A stretch of DNA of 64,000 bases, taken from Cyanophora paradoxa CCMP329 (Eukaryota; Plantae; Glaucophyta). Position 1 is the stretch's first letter, and the number at the start of each line of letters is the position of its first letter. A model generated the notes under the pieces. It was not told the DNA's origin. It worked only from the letters and a program-made list of their open reading frames with translations, and made no database searches. The stretch is from NCBI GenBank assembly GCA_004431415.1, contig QPMI01000434.1, positions 248,001 through 312,000 on the forward strand, read 5' to 3'. Below are positions 51,100-62,437 of this stretch, in pieces. The translations under genes and the position numbers were made by a program.

Positions 51100-53970
51100 T
51101 CAGGACTGGCAGTAAGGGACGCGGACGAGGTGGCCCGTCTCCTCGAGCAGGGTGCGCCGCTCGAGGATCGCCTCGTAGAGCTCTGCCGCCACGTCCGCCG
51201 TGAGCCCCGCCGCCAGCCGCAGCGGCCCCAGCCCGCTGTACGTCGCCCCCTCCTCCTCCCGCCGCCTCGCCAGCGCTCTGGAGCGCGGCTGCCGTGCCGC
51301 GCCGTGCCGCCCGCTCACCGAATGCGTGGCAGCGCAGGCGGGCCGGGGGCGCTCGCACCGACAGGAGGCGCCGCGACGAGCTCTCGGGCTCCGGCTCCGG
51401 TTCGCTCGTCATTAGGCCGTACCTGACTCGGGCCGTCGGCGTCACGCCGGGCAATGCAGTGCAGCGCGGCGCCGGCGCGCACAGCGGGGAGCCTATTACG
51501 AAGGAGCTCTGTGCGCGTAGTCCCGTCGTCGGCGTGCACGTCGTCTCGGCCGGCGCTGCGGCGCGCTGCGTTGGCGGCCGGGCGCCGCGAGGGAGCTGGG
51601 CGCGAGCGAGCGGCGCGGACCCTGCTCATCAGCCGTGCCCGACTCGACGGCGGGCGGCGTCGCGGCCTCGGCGTGGTACCGCTGCGCGCGGTGAGGCGGG
51701 GCGGGGCGAGAGGGCGAGGGGCGGGCGCCGGCGCACGTCGGGGCTGTCGCCGCCCTCGGAGGACGAGGCGCCGCTCTCCGCGCCGCTCTCGCTCGGGACG
51801 CCGCTGATTACGCCCTCGACCTCGAGGGCGCAGGGCGAGGGGGCCTCCCCCAGCTGCCCCTCCAGCGAGCCCGGGCCCGAGGGCGAGGCCTGGCGGCACG
51901 GCGGCAGGTGCGCGGCGGCCGGCGTGCAGAGGGCGCTGCACGGCTGAGGCTCCTCCAGCACCGACGAGGGCGACTCCACCGCCGCCGCCTCCCGCGCCGT
52001 CTCGGGCGTCTCGGGCGCCGCCTGCGCCGCTTGCGCCGCCTGCGCCGCCGGAGGGGAGCGCGGGTCGGGCTGCGGGCCGCAGGGCTGCGTGGGGGAGTCC
52101 GGGGCCGGAGGAGACTGGAACGATGCCGCCGCCGGCCTGGGCGGGGAGGGCGTGACCGCAGTGGCGCGGGGGGCCGGCGGCACAGCGGGGGAGGCGGGCG
52201 TCTCGGGAAGGGGGGGCAGGCTGTGCTGGGGCGAGGTTTGGGGGGCGGCGGCGGAGTCGGCGGGGGCGAGGGGAGGGGACGGGGACGGCGGGAGCGGGAT
52301 CTGGGCTGGGGAGGGGGGGACGGGCTTGGCGCCGGCCTTCTTCGAGTCGGCGGCGCGCCTGAGGAGCACGGCGCGCGTGGCGCTTACGGCGGCCGCCTTG
52401 GCCGACATCGGCCGCGACGCCTCTTTCTTCTTGGGCTCCGAGTTGCCCGCCGCGGCCGCCTTCGCCTTGCCTGCGGGGGCGGTGGCCGGCCGGGCACCCA
52501 CCGCCGCCGCCGGCCTCTGCTTGGCGCCGGTCTTCGAGGGTGCTGTGGCTGCGGCCGCGCCCGCCATCGCGGGGCGCTTCGGGGCTGCTGCGGCGCGCAC
52601 CGCGCCGCCCTCCGCGCTCGCGGCCGCCTTCGCGCGCGTCGACGCGGCCGGCGCCGACTTCGGCGCCGCCGGCGTCGCAGGGGCCTTCGCCTTCGGGCGT
52701 GAGGCGGCGGGGGCCGTCCTCGGGCGCGTGGCCGACGCCGGCGTCGGGGCCGCCTTCCGCGGGGGCGCCGCTCGCTCCGGCTCCGGGTCCGGGGCCGCCT
52801 TCTCGGCAGCGTCGTCCATGTCGACTGCGAAGCATGTCGGCGCAGCCGCCTCCGCCTTCGCCTCGGACGGGTCCACAGCCGCCGGCGAGCACTGGCCCGG
52901 CCGGCAGCGCACGGGGCACGGCGAATGCGCCGGACTCTCGCTGACGCCCGCGAGGCGGGATGCGGGAGAGGAGGCCACGATGTCGCTCAGGCGGCCTCGG
53001 CGAAGGGAGCTGCGGGGCCGGTCCGCGCTGCCGGTAGTGAGCGAGCCGCGCCCCTGGTCGAGGACCGGAGTGCTGATCGAGTGGCGCGCCGGTTTCTTCG
53101 AAGGCGTGAGAGAGCCCCGAGCCTCGCGCGGGAGCTCGGGCTTTCTGGGGAGCTTCTCCGGCGGCGAAGCAGGCTTTGGAGCCGAGGCTGGCGCCGCTTG
53201 CTTCTTGCCTACGCGCTTGAAAACCACCTGCGCGCTCTTGGGGCGCTCCTGCAGCTTCTTCGAGTAGTCTTTCATCCTGGCCCGTGCAGATGCGGCAGCC
53301 TGTTGAAACATGAGCAGGCAGATGCGGCGGAGGGTGGAACGGTGTATCGGAACAGTTAGAGAAAGTGCTTTAGAGCGCACGTCGGCATCTGTAGCCACAG
53401 CGGGAGCTGCTGGGAAACGCCAACATCAGTGCAACGCCGACAACCCGACAGCCACGCACCCTTGAGCGTCTTAGCTTGCAGGTCCCCCCTCGTAACGTTT
53501 GCCAATCGAGCGAAAACCTGTGCGATCCGAGTCAGCGGGATTGATCGACGCTGTCATGGACACGTACATCCTTCTGCAGATAGCACTGTAGCGCGTCGCT
53601 CTGAAAGTTGGTGCTAGCGCTAGGGGCAGCAGTGAACGTCCTGAGAGGAGGTGGTCAGTGAACGTGCTGGCGGAGGTCGGGAGGTTGCATACTTCATCGG
53701 AACAAACGCGATGCACTTCGGAGGCGGCGCAGCTGGTGCTGGAGGCATAGCTACGGTGACCAGAGCCCGCAGAGTACGCCCGGCCGCGCTCCACGCCTCC
53801 CCCGTAACGTCGAGCGTAGGGGTACGTCGACGGAGGACTGAATTTGATCTGCGGCGCTCGAGCTCCGGGGGATCCGAGGCTCGAACTTCGGAAGACAGAT
53901 CCGCGCGCCTTACTATAGATCGGCTGCGGTCCGCGGCGACGGGCTGGACGGGCTGGCGTGCAACTTGGCA
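51100..53970 (-). CDS. Uncharacterised Ala/Pro/Lys/Ser-rich protein
   Basis: Long open exon 51629-53398 plus flanking spliced exons ending ...LVRVPYCQS*; start uncertain. Confidence 0.5.
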
Positions 53971-54498
53971 ACCACGAGGCGGCCCGGCGGCCCGGCGGGA
54001 GCCTGGAGGCGAGAGAGGCCGGCCAAGCTTAAGATCATCGGATCATGAAAGCTCAGCGGCTATAGCTATAGCTATAGCTAGCGCCCGCGCGCGGCCGGCG
54101 ACCGACCCGCCGCGGCGCCGCGGCCGCGGCCGTGGGTCACCGGGTGCACTAGATATCGATTTAGAGGCCTGACGTCGACCGCGCGCCCGCGGACGCAGCC
54201 CCGCGCGCGGCGACTTTGGCTGGCTCGGCGCGTGGCTGGCGCCGGCGACCGCAGCTGTGGCTGGGCTGACGTCGACAGTGATATCAATGGCCCGCAACTC
54301 AAAACTGGATGATTGATTTTCGAATGCAATCTACGAGGCCGGCGCGCGCACGGCCATGCACTGGTTCAGACTATTAACTACGCTATCATACCAGACTACC
54401 TGAAGAAATGGAAAAGTACGCAGCATTGATATGTTCACGTTGAAAATTCGATAGAGGAAGGCGGGGCCAGGGATGAAAGACAGCCGAAGAGGGAGGGG

Positions 54499-56200
54499 TC
54501 AAGGAGCGTGGGGGGCGGCACCCTGGGGCACCTGCAAGGTGCCGTGCGAGGGGGGTGGGTGCGTCATGCGCTGCAGGACGTGGCGGATTAGCTTGAGGTT
54601 GGAAGAGACCGCCGTGATGTCAGCCGCCGCGACGGCCGCGGCAGCGGCGGCAGCGCGCGCGTCGGCTCGCTGGGCCGCCCGCGCCGTGCTTCCAGAGAGA
54701 TGGGGTCGGCTGGGAGGGGACGGGGACTGATTGGAGGAGGATTGTCCGGGGACGGCTCCGGGGAGGGCCGAGTCCGCGGGGACGGAAGCGTGCGGAGCAG
54801 GGCTGGCATCGGCGTCGGGGGGTAGAGAAGAATTAATCGGGACCACGGCGTTCGGGTCGGCGCTCTGGCCGTGCATGGGGGAGTCCCCGGAAACAGCAGG
54901 GGGATTTCCTCCCACGGGCGAGCTCGACGGGCCGGCACCGCCGCCCTCTCCCGCGCTCGTCCCCGCGGCGACTTCTCCGCCGGCGGATGTTCTGGAGGCG
55001 GAGGTGCTGGGCATCGGGTCCGGCGGCTGCTCCACGGCGAGGTAGATCTCCCCCGTCGCCATGTCCAGGTACGCCTTGTTCCGCGCCGTGAACGCGTGCT
55101 CCTGCGTGCGGGAGCGACGTGAGAAGGCGGCGCCCGCTGGAGGGGGCGCGTGGCGGGCGGCGCCGGCGCGCCTTGTAGACGATCTCGAAAAACTCGAGGT
55201 CCACGAAGGGCTCCCGGAGGACGAGCTCCTGCGTGGGAGAGGCCCGTGCTGCGCTCGCGCTCCTCGAAGGGCTGGACCCCGAGCCCGCGGCGTCCTCGTC
55301 CTGCAAAATCCGCGCGCTCGAGGCGCCGCCGACGCCATCGCCCGTGGACCCACGGATGACCACGTGTGCTGGGAAGCGCAGGGGCACCAGGAAGCACGTC
55401 AACATGCCGAAAAATCGCGCCCTGCAGAGTGTCAGAGCGGGTTGCATGCGCGAGGGGCCGATCGAACAGGCGCACATGCTGTATACACGCTTCTCGCTCC
55501 GACCCATGCTTTTGATCACGTATTCGCCGTTGCAGCGCTCGTGACCGTCAACTCTGAATCGTATGCGTGCCTTCTCCTTCCCATCCTACGCACAGTCAGC
55601 GCCAACATCCCCAGCGCTTGATCAGAGGAGGTACCTCCACAAACATCTCGTCCCGGATCCAGGTAAGCTCCACGCTGAATACTCTCTGCGAGTTGCTCTA
55701 AGCACACACTGCGCCATATCGATGCACGTGCGGCGCACCTTCGCTTTGCGCAGCTCCTCTTCGTGCTCGGCGTGGGGGGAAGTAAGCACCATGCGCCGCT
55801 GGGACAGCCTGATTCCCGACGTCAGACCGCGGTTAGATGATTCAACACAAGCGAAGGACTCACCAGAGGTCGCCTTCACCATGCCAACTGCCGCCCACCA
55901 CGCGCTTCAACCGAACCTTGGCACACAAGAACATCGTGACCTCGCCTAATAGGGGCATCAACAATCGCTATTGCATTCGCAGAGCAGCCGTCCCCCGCAC
56001 CAGCCTTCCGCCGGAACGGCAGCCTGAGCCCGAACGCCGAGAATCCTGACCGCAGGTCAAGGGAATCAACGCAAACTGCATCATAGATACCGGGCGAGAT
56101 GCGTGCTGGAGCGCCCGCCTGCTGCGCAGTGGCAACTGCGTGGGCGTGCTCGGGCTCCTCGAGCTGCGGCGGATGAGCGCGGTGGGCATCGCTGTCATCC
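54499..56200 (-). CDS. Uncharacterised protein (multi-exon)
   Basis: Exons ELVLREPFVDLEFFEIVYK|EHAFTARNKAYLDMATGEIYLAVE...; no family recognised. Confidence 0.4.
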
Positions 56201-56339
56201 CTCCTGCCAAATAGGAACCGCAGCCCACTCATTGGGCCCAAGCGGCTGTGCTATCGCTCCTCAATGCGTCCTGTTTCGCTGCTGTTGTTTGACGGGGGGT
56301 ATACGCCGACCCGCGCGACTCGACTCGGCGGCTTCCGGA

Positions 56340-57429
56340 ATGGCTCGGGAAGGATGCAGCGTGATGTTTGTGCGCGGGGCGCCGTCGGGTTTTCTCTCCC
56401 GCCCTGCTTCGCGTTGACTGGCAAGCTGCAGGAGACTTCGCTCGGCAATGTGACATGCGAGCTGTACTGGAAGCACGCGCCGAAGGCGTGCAGGAACTTC
56501 GCGGAGCTCGCGCACAGAGGATATTACAACGTGCGGGTCCCGCGTAGTAGCGAGAAGCCAGCGCTAGCGTCTAGCTGCCGTGCTCCCGGCGAGCAATCTA
56601 TCTCCTGCATGATCGTTCGATGATTAGGCTTTCGTCACAGGACGCGCCGCCGCGCATCTAGCCTGTATCTCTTTCCGCCACGCGGAAGCTCGTGGCTCAT
56701 TTGCTATGCGCAGGGCGTTCCGTTTCACAGGATTATCGCCAATTTCATGGGTGCATACCCTCATCAGCCCAATGCACTCCATCAGGCTAATGCTCGCTTG
56801 CCTTCTTCTCGCAGTGCAGGGAGGTGTGGATGAAGACACGTTCCATGTGCGGTTTATGTCTACTGCTTATCCGTTTGCAGGTGATCCAACGGGGACGGGC
56901 CGCGGCGGCGAGTCTATCTACGGGAAGGCATTCGAGGATGAGATAACGATGCAGCTGAAACACACGGGCGCCGGCATATTATCCATGGCGAACTCGGGGC
57001 CAAACACGAACGGATCGCAGTTCTTCATCACTCTAGCACCATGGTATGTGCCCCGCTCGCCCAATGTCCTGGATTGCATACAGTGCCGTCTACCTCAGAT
57101 GCTGTAGTGCCCTCGTGCTAGTGTGCCCTCTACCACACTAGAGTGCCAGTGCACTCACATGCTGCAGCCCGTGGCTGGATGGAAAGCACACCATCTTTGG
57201 AAGGCTCAGCTCCGGTATTGGAACCCTCCAGGTTTTTTCCTTGAACTTTCTCTTCCTCGACTTTTAGCTGACTTGGTTGTGCCACGCACAGCGGCTAGGT
57301 TCAGTTGTGACAGACAATGACGATCGCCCAATTGATACAGTGAAAGTTCGTATTCTATATATCACTCTCTATATCTGCCCAGCCTTTAACTGTAGGATCG
57401 GGCAGATCATACGGGCACAGATTGTCTAG
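56340..57429 (+). CDS. PPIL1: Cyclophilin PPIL1-like peptidyl-prolyl isomerase
   Basis: [31 protein letters not shown]|[52 protein letters not shown]. Confidence 0.93.
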
Positions 57430-57560
57430 GATTGTCTGAATCATCATCCGGGGATTGTCTGAATCATCATCCGGGGATCGGGGAGAAGTTCGGATCTCTG
57501 CGTGGGGCTGTCAGGGGATCCGGATGAGCCCCGGGGGACGCGTCAACATATTGAGCATGA

Positions 57561-57673
57561 CTCCCTCAGGGCACCAGTCCCTGCGGGTTACGCTCTCACC
57601 CAAACAGCACGGGTACAGTTAAAGCGCTGTAGGTAGGAGGTCCGGCGCGCCCGTAGCGTAAAAAGAGCATGAA
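57561..57673 (+). ncRNA. Stand-alone copy of 113-bp element (candidate Fanzor omegaRNA scaffold / ghost locus)
   Basis: 110/113 identical to 61941-62053; no Fanzor coding sequence nearby. The repeat is certain; the RNA role is inferred. Confidence 0.5.
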
Positions 57674-58085
57674 TCCCCGGGGGGAACCGCACATGTGTAG
57701 CCCACACAGCCGTAGGTCACAGACAATCGGATGCAGCTAGCTAGCCGCTAGCTTTCGTGTCTATGCTGAACGCACAGTAGCTATAGAGCTGTACCCGTGC
57801 TGCCCACGCCCCGGTGACGCCCGCAGCTGCAGGCCCGAGCGCTAGCGCTAGCTAGGCCCATCGGCGAGCGTGATCGTTACCGCAGCATTTGTTTACCGCA
57901 GCAGGTGTCAGGCAGTGATTCGGACTCCGGCGGTAACGCGGGCACCGGGCGAACTCGGACTGCGATCTGGGCGTCTCAGGTGCTAGCGCAATCGAATGAA
58001 GATGTCGCCGCGCCCCGCGCGCCTCCCTCTAGCTAAGATTTCAGCGCTTTCGATCTCGTTAGTCTCACGCGCCGCGCCTGCGCAG

Positions 58086-60340
58086 ATGAAGCGTGCAGCC
58101 GCGAGATCTAGCGCGCCGGAGAGATCGAAGAAGATAGCGAAAAGCGCAAGAACCTCTGCCCCCGCGCCGAAGTCGGCCGCAAAGCGTACGCGCGCGCCTC
58201 CGCTCGAGATCGCGCTCTGAACGCCACTCGACAGCGCGTGCGGTGCCTTCTTCGGCTACAAAATCTTCTCTCTTGAGCGAGATTAACAAGTTCCTTGATC
58301 CGAAGCCGCAAGGCACGAACCCGGCCGCTCTCTTATCTACTTGGGCTTATGAGCGCACAGAGGCTGAAGAGGACGATGTATTTATGGACGGTGCCAGAAT
58401 CGTCGGCCCGTTTGACGAGGCCGACAGCGAGCCGCACGAGGACGACAGGTATTTCTGTGCCGTTTTTCTTGGGTGGCTGTCCCTGACTGTTGTTTGCAGA
58501 CCCTTCTCCGCCCGCCTACGCCGCTCGAATCTAGACGAAGATCCGAAGTATGCTGGTCAGAGAGTCTCTCGCGCTCAACTGCAGTCCGGTGTGTACTGCG
58601 ATTATCAATGTGTTGTTTTCCTGTCTAATGTTCCAAAGATGACAGCGAGGCCTCTGGTGGGGCCCACGAGGACGATGATGAAGCTGTAAGCGGAGCCCGC
58701 TTCCATACTCTTTCTACATGATCGACTTTTATGCAGGGGGAAAGCTTCGGATCAAATGAAGACGATGGGGAAGCGATGCCTGGTCTCGATGATGATGACA
58801 GTGATGAAGATGACAGCCATGATGAAGCCGAGGAGGGTTCTGGATCAGAAAAAGCATCAGCATCCCAATCGGATACGGATGTGACGAAGCACGACAAATT
58901 GTCTAGCCAGCAAGCTGAAGAGGATGCCACTCAAGTTTTTGGAGGCCAGGGTCAGGATGATGCAGATGCAATGTTCGAGAAAGCCAAGAATGTCAAGAAT
59001 CAGCGAGTGCGTCAAATATTAAAATTCGTCTCACTCAACACTTATTTTGCCAGCGCAGTTCCTGCAGGATCAGTTCTTGGATCTGCGTATTCGTATGCAG
59101 AAACTGCTTGCAGCAGCAAATCAGTTCCCACAAGTAAGTTTTCTCCAGCTGGGTCGCTTTTAATGAGCTTTCAAGCCGAATCAGGTCACGGGGCACGAGA
59201 TTTTCACGAAGCATTCTCAAGAAGTTGCACATGCATTCAAGGAGTCCAGTGACGCCATCCAAGGACTTCTTCGTGACATGTTCGATCTGAGACATGTGCG
59301 ATATCGTCTTTCCTTGTAAGCAAGAAATTTCTGCTCACGCCACTGGTTAGAGTCTGGCTCGGCAAAACAACGATCTGCAGTCTGCTTCGGATCCTCCTTC
59401 TGGTCCTTCTGGTCCTTTTGGCCTTTTTGTTTGTTGTCAATTGACTATCGATTTCTTTTGTGCAGCCCCATTTTCCATTGACGATGCATGGACTCACATT
59501 GAGGAGTGCGCTTCCAGGTTCGCATAATGCTGCATTGATGTTCTGGGCGTAATGTATTGATCCCTCCATGCAGCTTCAAAGCTTTTCAGAACGAAACAAT
59601 CGACAAATGGAGTCGAAAAGCTCAGCTCGCAAGCGCTTTGGGTTCCATGTCAAACATGAAGGCTCTTAACCAGGTTAGACTGTCTCGAACGGTTTCCAGA
59701 AAGTGACGTAACACAACTCGGGCAGAGCATTGTAGCACAGATTGAGAACATCCTTGCTGACGAGCAGCGATTGGTCAAGCGGACCCAGCTCAAGCGGTCT
59801 CAGTACAAGATCTTTGGAAAGGTGCTTGATCTCTCTCTTTTCAGGATGATTTTGTCGTGGCCGACACCAGCAAAAGAAGGAATCTGGTGCAATTCAAGAG
59901 CAGACAGAACATAAGAGGGATCAACATCTTCAGGACTATGACGAGGAGGTGTTCGATGACACCGACTTCTACCAGACTCTAATCCGCAGCTTCATCGAAT
60001 CCTCCAATGACCTAATGACCAACTCAAGTAAATTCCAGCCCATGTATTTGCCATTGATTGCTAGGTGATGCCTGGTGCAGGTACTCCGGAGGACTGGTCA
60101 AGGGCGTTCATTGCAATGCGCAACCAACAGACAAAACAACATCGACTAAATGTAGATCGAAAGGCAAGCAAGGGTCGCAAACTGAGGTGCCTGACACGCA
60201 TTCTCGTCATGCACAACACTACCCTGATTTCTTATTGCAGGTACGAGGTACAAGAAAAGCTCGTGAACTTTATGGCCCCTGTACCAGAAGGCGAAAACCT
60301 TGTCTCGTCTGGGCTTTTGTCCTCGTTATTTACTAGCTAG
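58086..60340 (+). CDS. AATF: AATF/Bfr2 (TRAUB) ribosome biogenesis protein
   Basis: LDLRIRMQKLL..ANQFP, FRNETIDKW, RLVKRTQLKRS, VFDDTDFYQTL, VDRKASKGRKLR|YEVQEKLVNFMAP. Confidence 0.92.
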
Positions 60341-60394
60341 CTGTATAGTTAGCAACGTTTTTGAGAGCGATTTTACGTTGGGGTGAGCATTGGG

Positions 60395-60817
60395 ATCAGA
60401 GTTGCGATTACGATCGGAATCAGAGTTGCGATTACGATCGGAATCAGAGTTGCGATTACGATCGGAATCAGAGTTGCGATTACGATCGTAATCGATATCA
60501 GAGTTGCGATTACGATCGGAATCAGAGTTGCGATTACGATCGGAATCGATATCAGAGTTGCGATTACGATCGGAATCAGAGTTGCGATTACGATCGGAAT
60601 CAGAGTTGCGATTACGATCGTAATCGATATCAGAGTTGCGATTACGATCGTAATCGATATCAGAGTTGCGATTACGATCGTAATCGATATCAGAGTTGCG
60701 ATTACGATCGGAATCAGAGTTGCGATTACGATCGGAATCAGAGTTGCGATTACGATCGGAATCAGAGTTGCGATTACGATCGGAATCAGAGTTGCGATTA
60801 CGATCGGAATCAGAGTT
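60395..60817. repeat. Tandem array: 16 units of ATCAGAGTTGCGATTACGATCGGA (11 of 24 bp, 5 of 30 bp)
   Basis: Direct reading. Confidence 0.95.
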
Positions 60818-60849
60818 ACTATGTTATAATTAACGTTGCGATTACGACG

Positions 60850-60992
60850 TCCAACTTTCGTCCAACTTTCGTCCGACTTTCGTCCAACTTTCGTCCGACT
60901 TTCGTCCGACTTTCGTCCAACTTTCGTCCAACTTTCGTCCGACTTTCGTCCGACTTTCGTCCAACTTTCGTCCGACTTTCGTCCAACTTTCG
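60850..60992. repeat. Tandem array: 13 x 11 bp TCC(A/G)ACTTTCG
   Basis: Direct reading. Confidence 0.95.
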
Positions 60993-61598
60993 AATTCGTC
61001 CAGCCTCCATTCTGCCGATGGGCACGTGCGCACTCCGGGGAGGATAACTGGTTCTTCCAGAGAGCCCACCGGAGAGCCCGCCACGTGCGCGTGCAGCCGC
61101 GTGCCGCGTGCCTGCGGCAGAACCGGTTCTTGTGGGCCGGGCGAGCGTCCGCCGCGCGCGGCTCGCAGTTCGTCATTCGAGAAGGGCGTTCTGCGGTTCT
61201 GCGGTGGCGATGGAAAGGTCCGCCGCCGCCTCCGCCTCCGGCGCGCGCCTCCCTCCCGCCGCCCTTTACGCCGGCCCCGCAGACGTCGAGGGAGGCCCCG
61301 CCGCGGTCCCGAGTCCGCACCGGATCCCGTGCGCCTCTGCCGTCTCGCCCTTCGCCGTCTTTCGCTCATCCTCCTCGCAGGGCGAGCCGCCTGACGGGTC
61401 GCGGGGCGCCGCCGGCGCTTCGCCGGCGCCGTCGACTGCTCCTGCGGCGCCTATGGAGCTCGGCGGGGGATACTCGGCGACAGAAGCGGCCACGGCGGCA
61501 GCGAGCTCTATGTGACGATATTGATGAGATGGGGTACATCGTATACAACCCCGAATTCGTGCCCCCGGGGCTTGTATACGATGTACTTGCAATTTCAG

Positions 61599-61910
61599 AC
61601 ACGTGCGGCAAGATCAACTACGGGCTCGGCTCGAAGAGGGTCTTCGAGTGCCGCCCCGGGTGCGGCTTCCGGGCGGACCGCGACGGCGGCGCCGCGCGGT
61701 GCGTGTTGTGTCTATACACGCCTATACACAATCGCTGCTCCCCCCGCCTAGTCCCGACACGGCCTAGCCACGGCATAATTTTCCGTCTAGGCCTAGGGCC
61801 GGCTCGCCCCTCCCAGCGCCGCCCGATCGCAATCGTAATCGTACTCTTGCAGGAGCATCTTCATCCGCTACGGCACCGGCGTGGACGCGAAGCGCCTGCT
61901 CGGTTCGTAG
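61599..61910 (+). pseudogene. Fanzor2/IS607-TnpB C-terminal fragment (zinc ribbon + RuvC-III), two exons 61599-61698 and 61853-61910
   Basis: Spliced peptide TCGKINYGLGSKRVFECRPGCGFRADRDGGAAR|SIFIRYGTGVDAKRLLGS* fits C..CG.....LG....F.C..CG...DRD..AARNI; GT-AG intron 61699-61852; RuvC-I/II not found. Confidence 0.8.
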
Positions 61911-61940
61911 CCAGCTAGCGCTAGGCTCCGATCCCCTTTT

Positions 61941-62053
61941 CTCCATCAGGGCACCAGTCCCTGCGGGTTACGCTCTCACCCAAACAGCACGGGTACAGTT
62001 AAAGCGCTGTAGGTAGGAGGTCCGGCGCGCCCGTAGCGTAGAAAGAGCACGAA
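61941..62053 (+). ncRNA. Candidate omegaRNA scaffold / right end of Fanzor element
   Basis: Starts 31 nt after the Fanzor stop, is repeated at 57561, and has nested stems (CAGGG/CCCTG; TACGCT/AGCGTA; ACGGG/CCCGT; TACAG/CTGTA). Confidence 0.55.
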
Positions 62054-62437
62054 CTTTGGAACTTTGGATGCTGTGGCCCTGTTTCCATGGGCCCATGCCA
62101 GCCCACTGAGTACTAATGGCCATGGCCCAGTGGCACAGGTGCGCGCGCCCAGGCCTGTGGTACACGGACGTGTCTTCTGCCAGCCCGGTACCAGTCCCCC
62201 TGACGACCACACCGGTACAACCCAGCCGAGTACCCGCCACCAGGAGGCAAAGCCGCTGATCATGAGCAAAGGCAGGCGGCAGCGGAGGGCCGCCGGGCAT
62301 CCTGAAGGAGCAGCTGGCGCTGCAGATGAGCGCAGCCGAGTCGCTTAAGCACTAGCTGGATTGCACGATGTAGAAGGAAAGGACACCAAAAAAAGGGTCG
62401 CGATCGTGATTGGCATGTGAGACAACGAGAGCATTTA

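Larger units (their letters stand above)
60390..62070 (+). mobile_element. Internally deleted Fanzor2/TnpB-carrying element (boundaries approximate)
   Basis: Terminal repeat arrays, then the Fanzor C-terminal exons, then the repeated 113-bp 3' element, all sitting between convergent housekeeping genes. Confidence 0.55.

Noticed and set aside
60395-60992. CRISPR-like array
   Set aside because: The units are contiguous with no unique spacers; these are minisatellites.
60361-61369. Long ORFs (QSCDYDRN, VIATLIPI, SDESWTKV repeats)
   Set aside because: By-products of stop-free tandem repeats that are open in several frames on both strands.
61210-61515. ORF MERSAAAS... as the Fanzor N-terminus or a transposase
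   Set aside because: Low complexity with no HTH, DPG or serine-recombinase motif; it cannot be assigned.
57561-62053. 113-bp direct repeats as LTRs or a composite transposon carrying AATF
   Set aside because: No TG...CA ends, PBS/PPT, TSD or pol; AATF is an intron-rich housekeeping gene; the second copy is better explained as the Fanzor 3' end.
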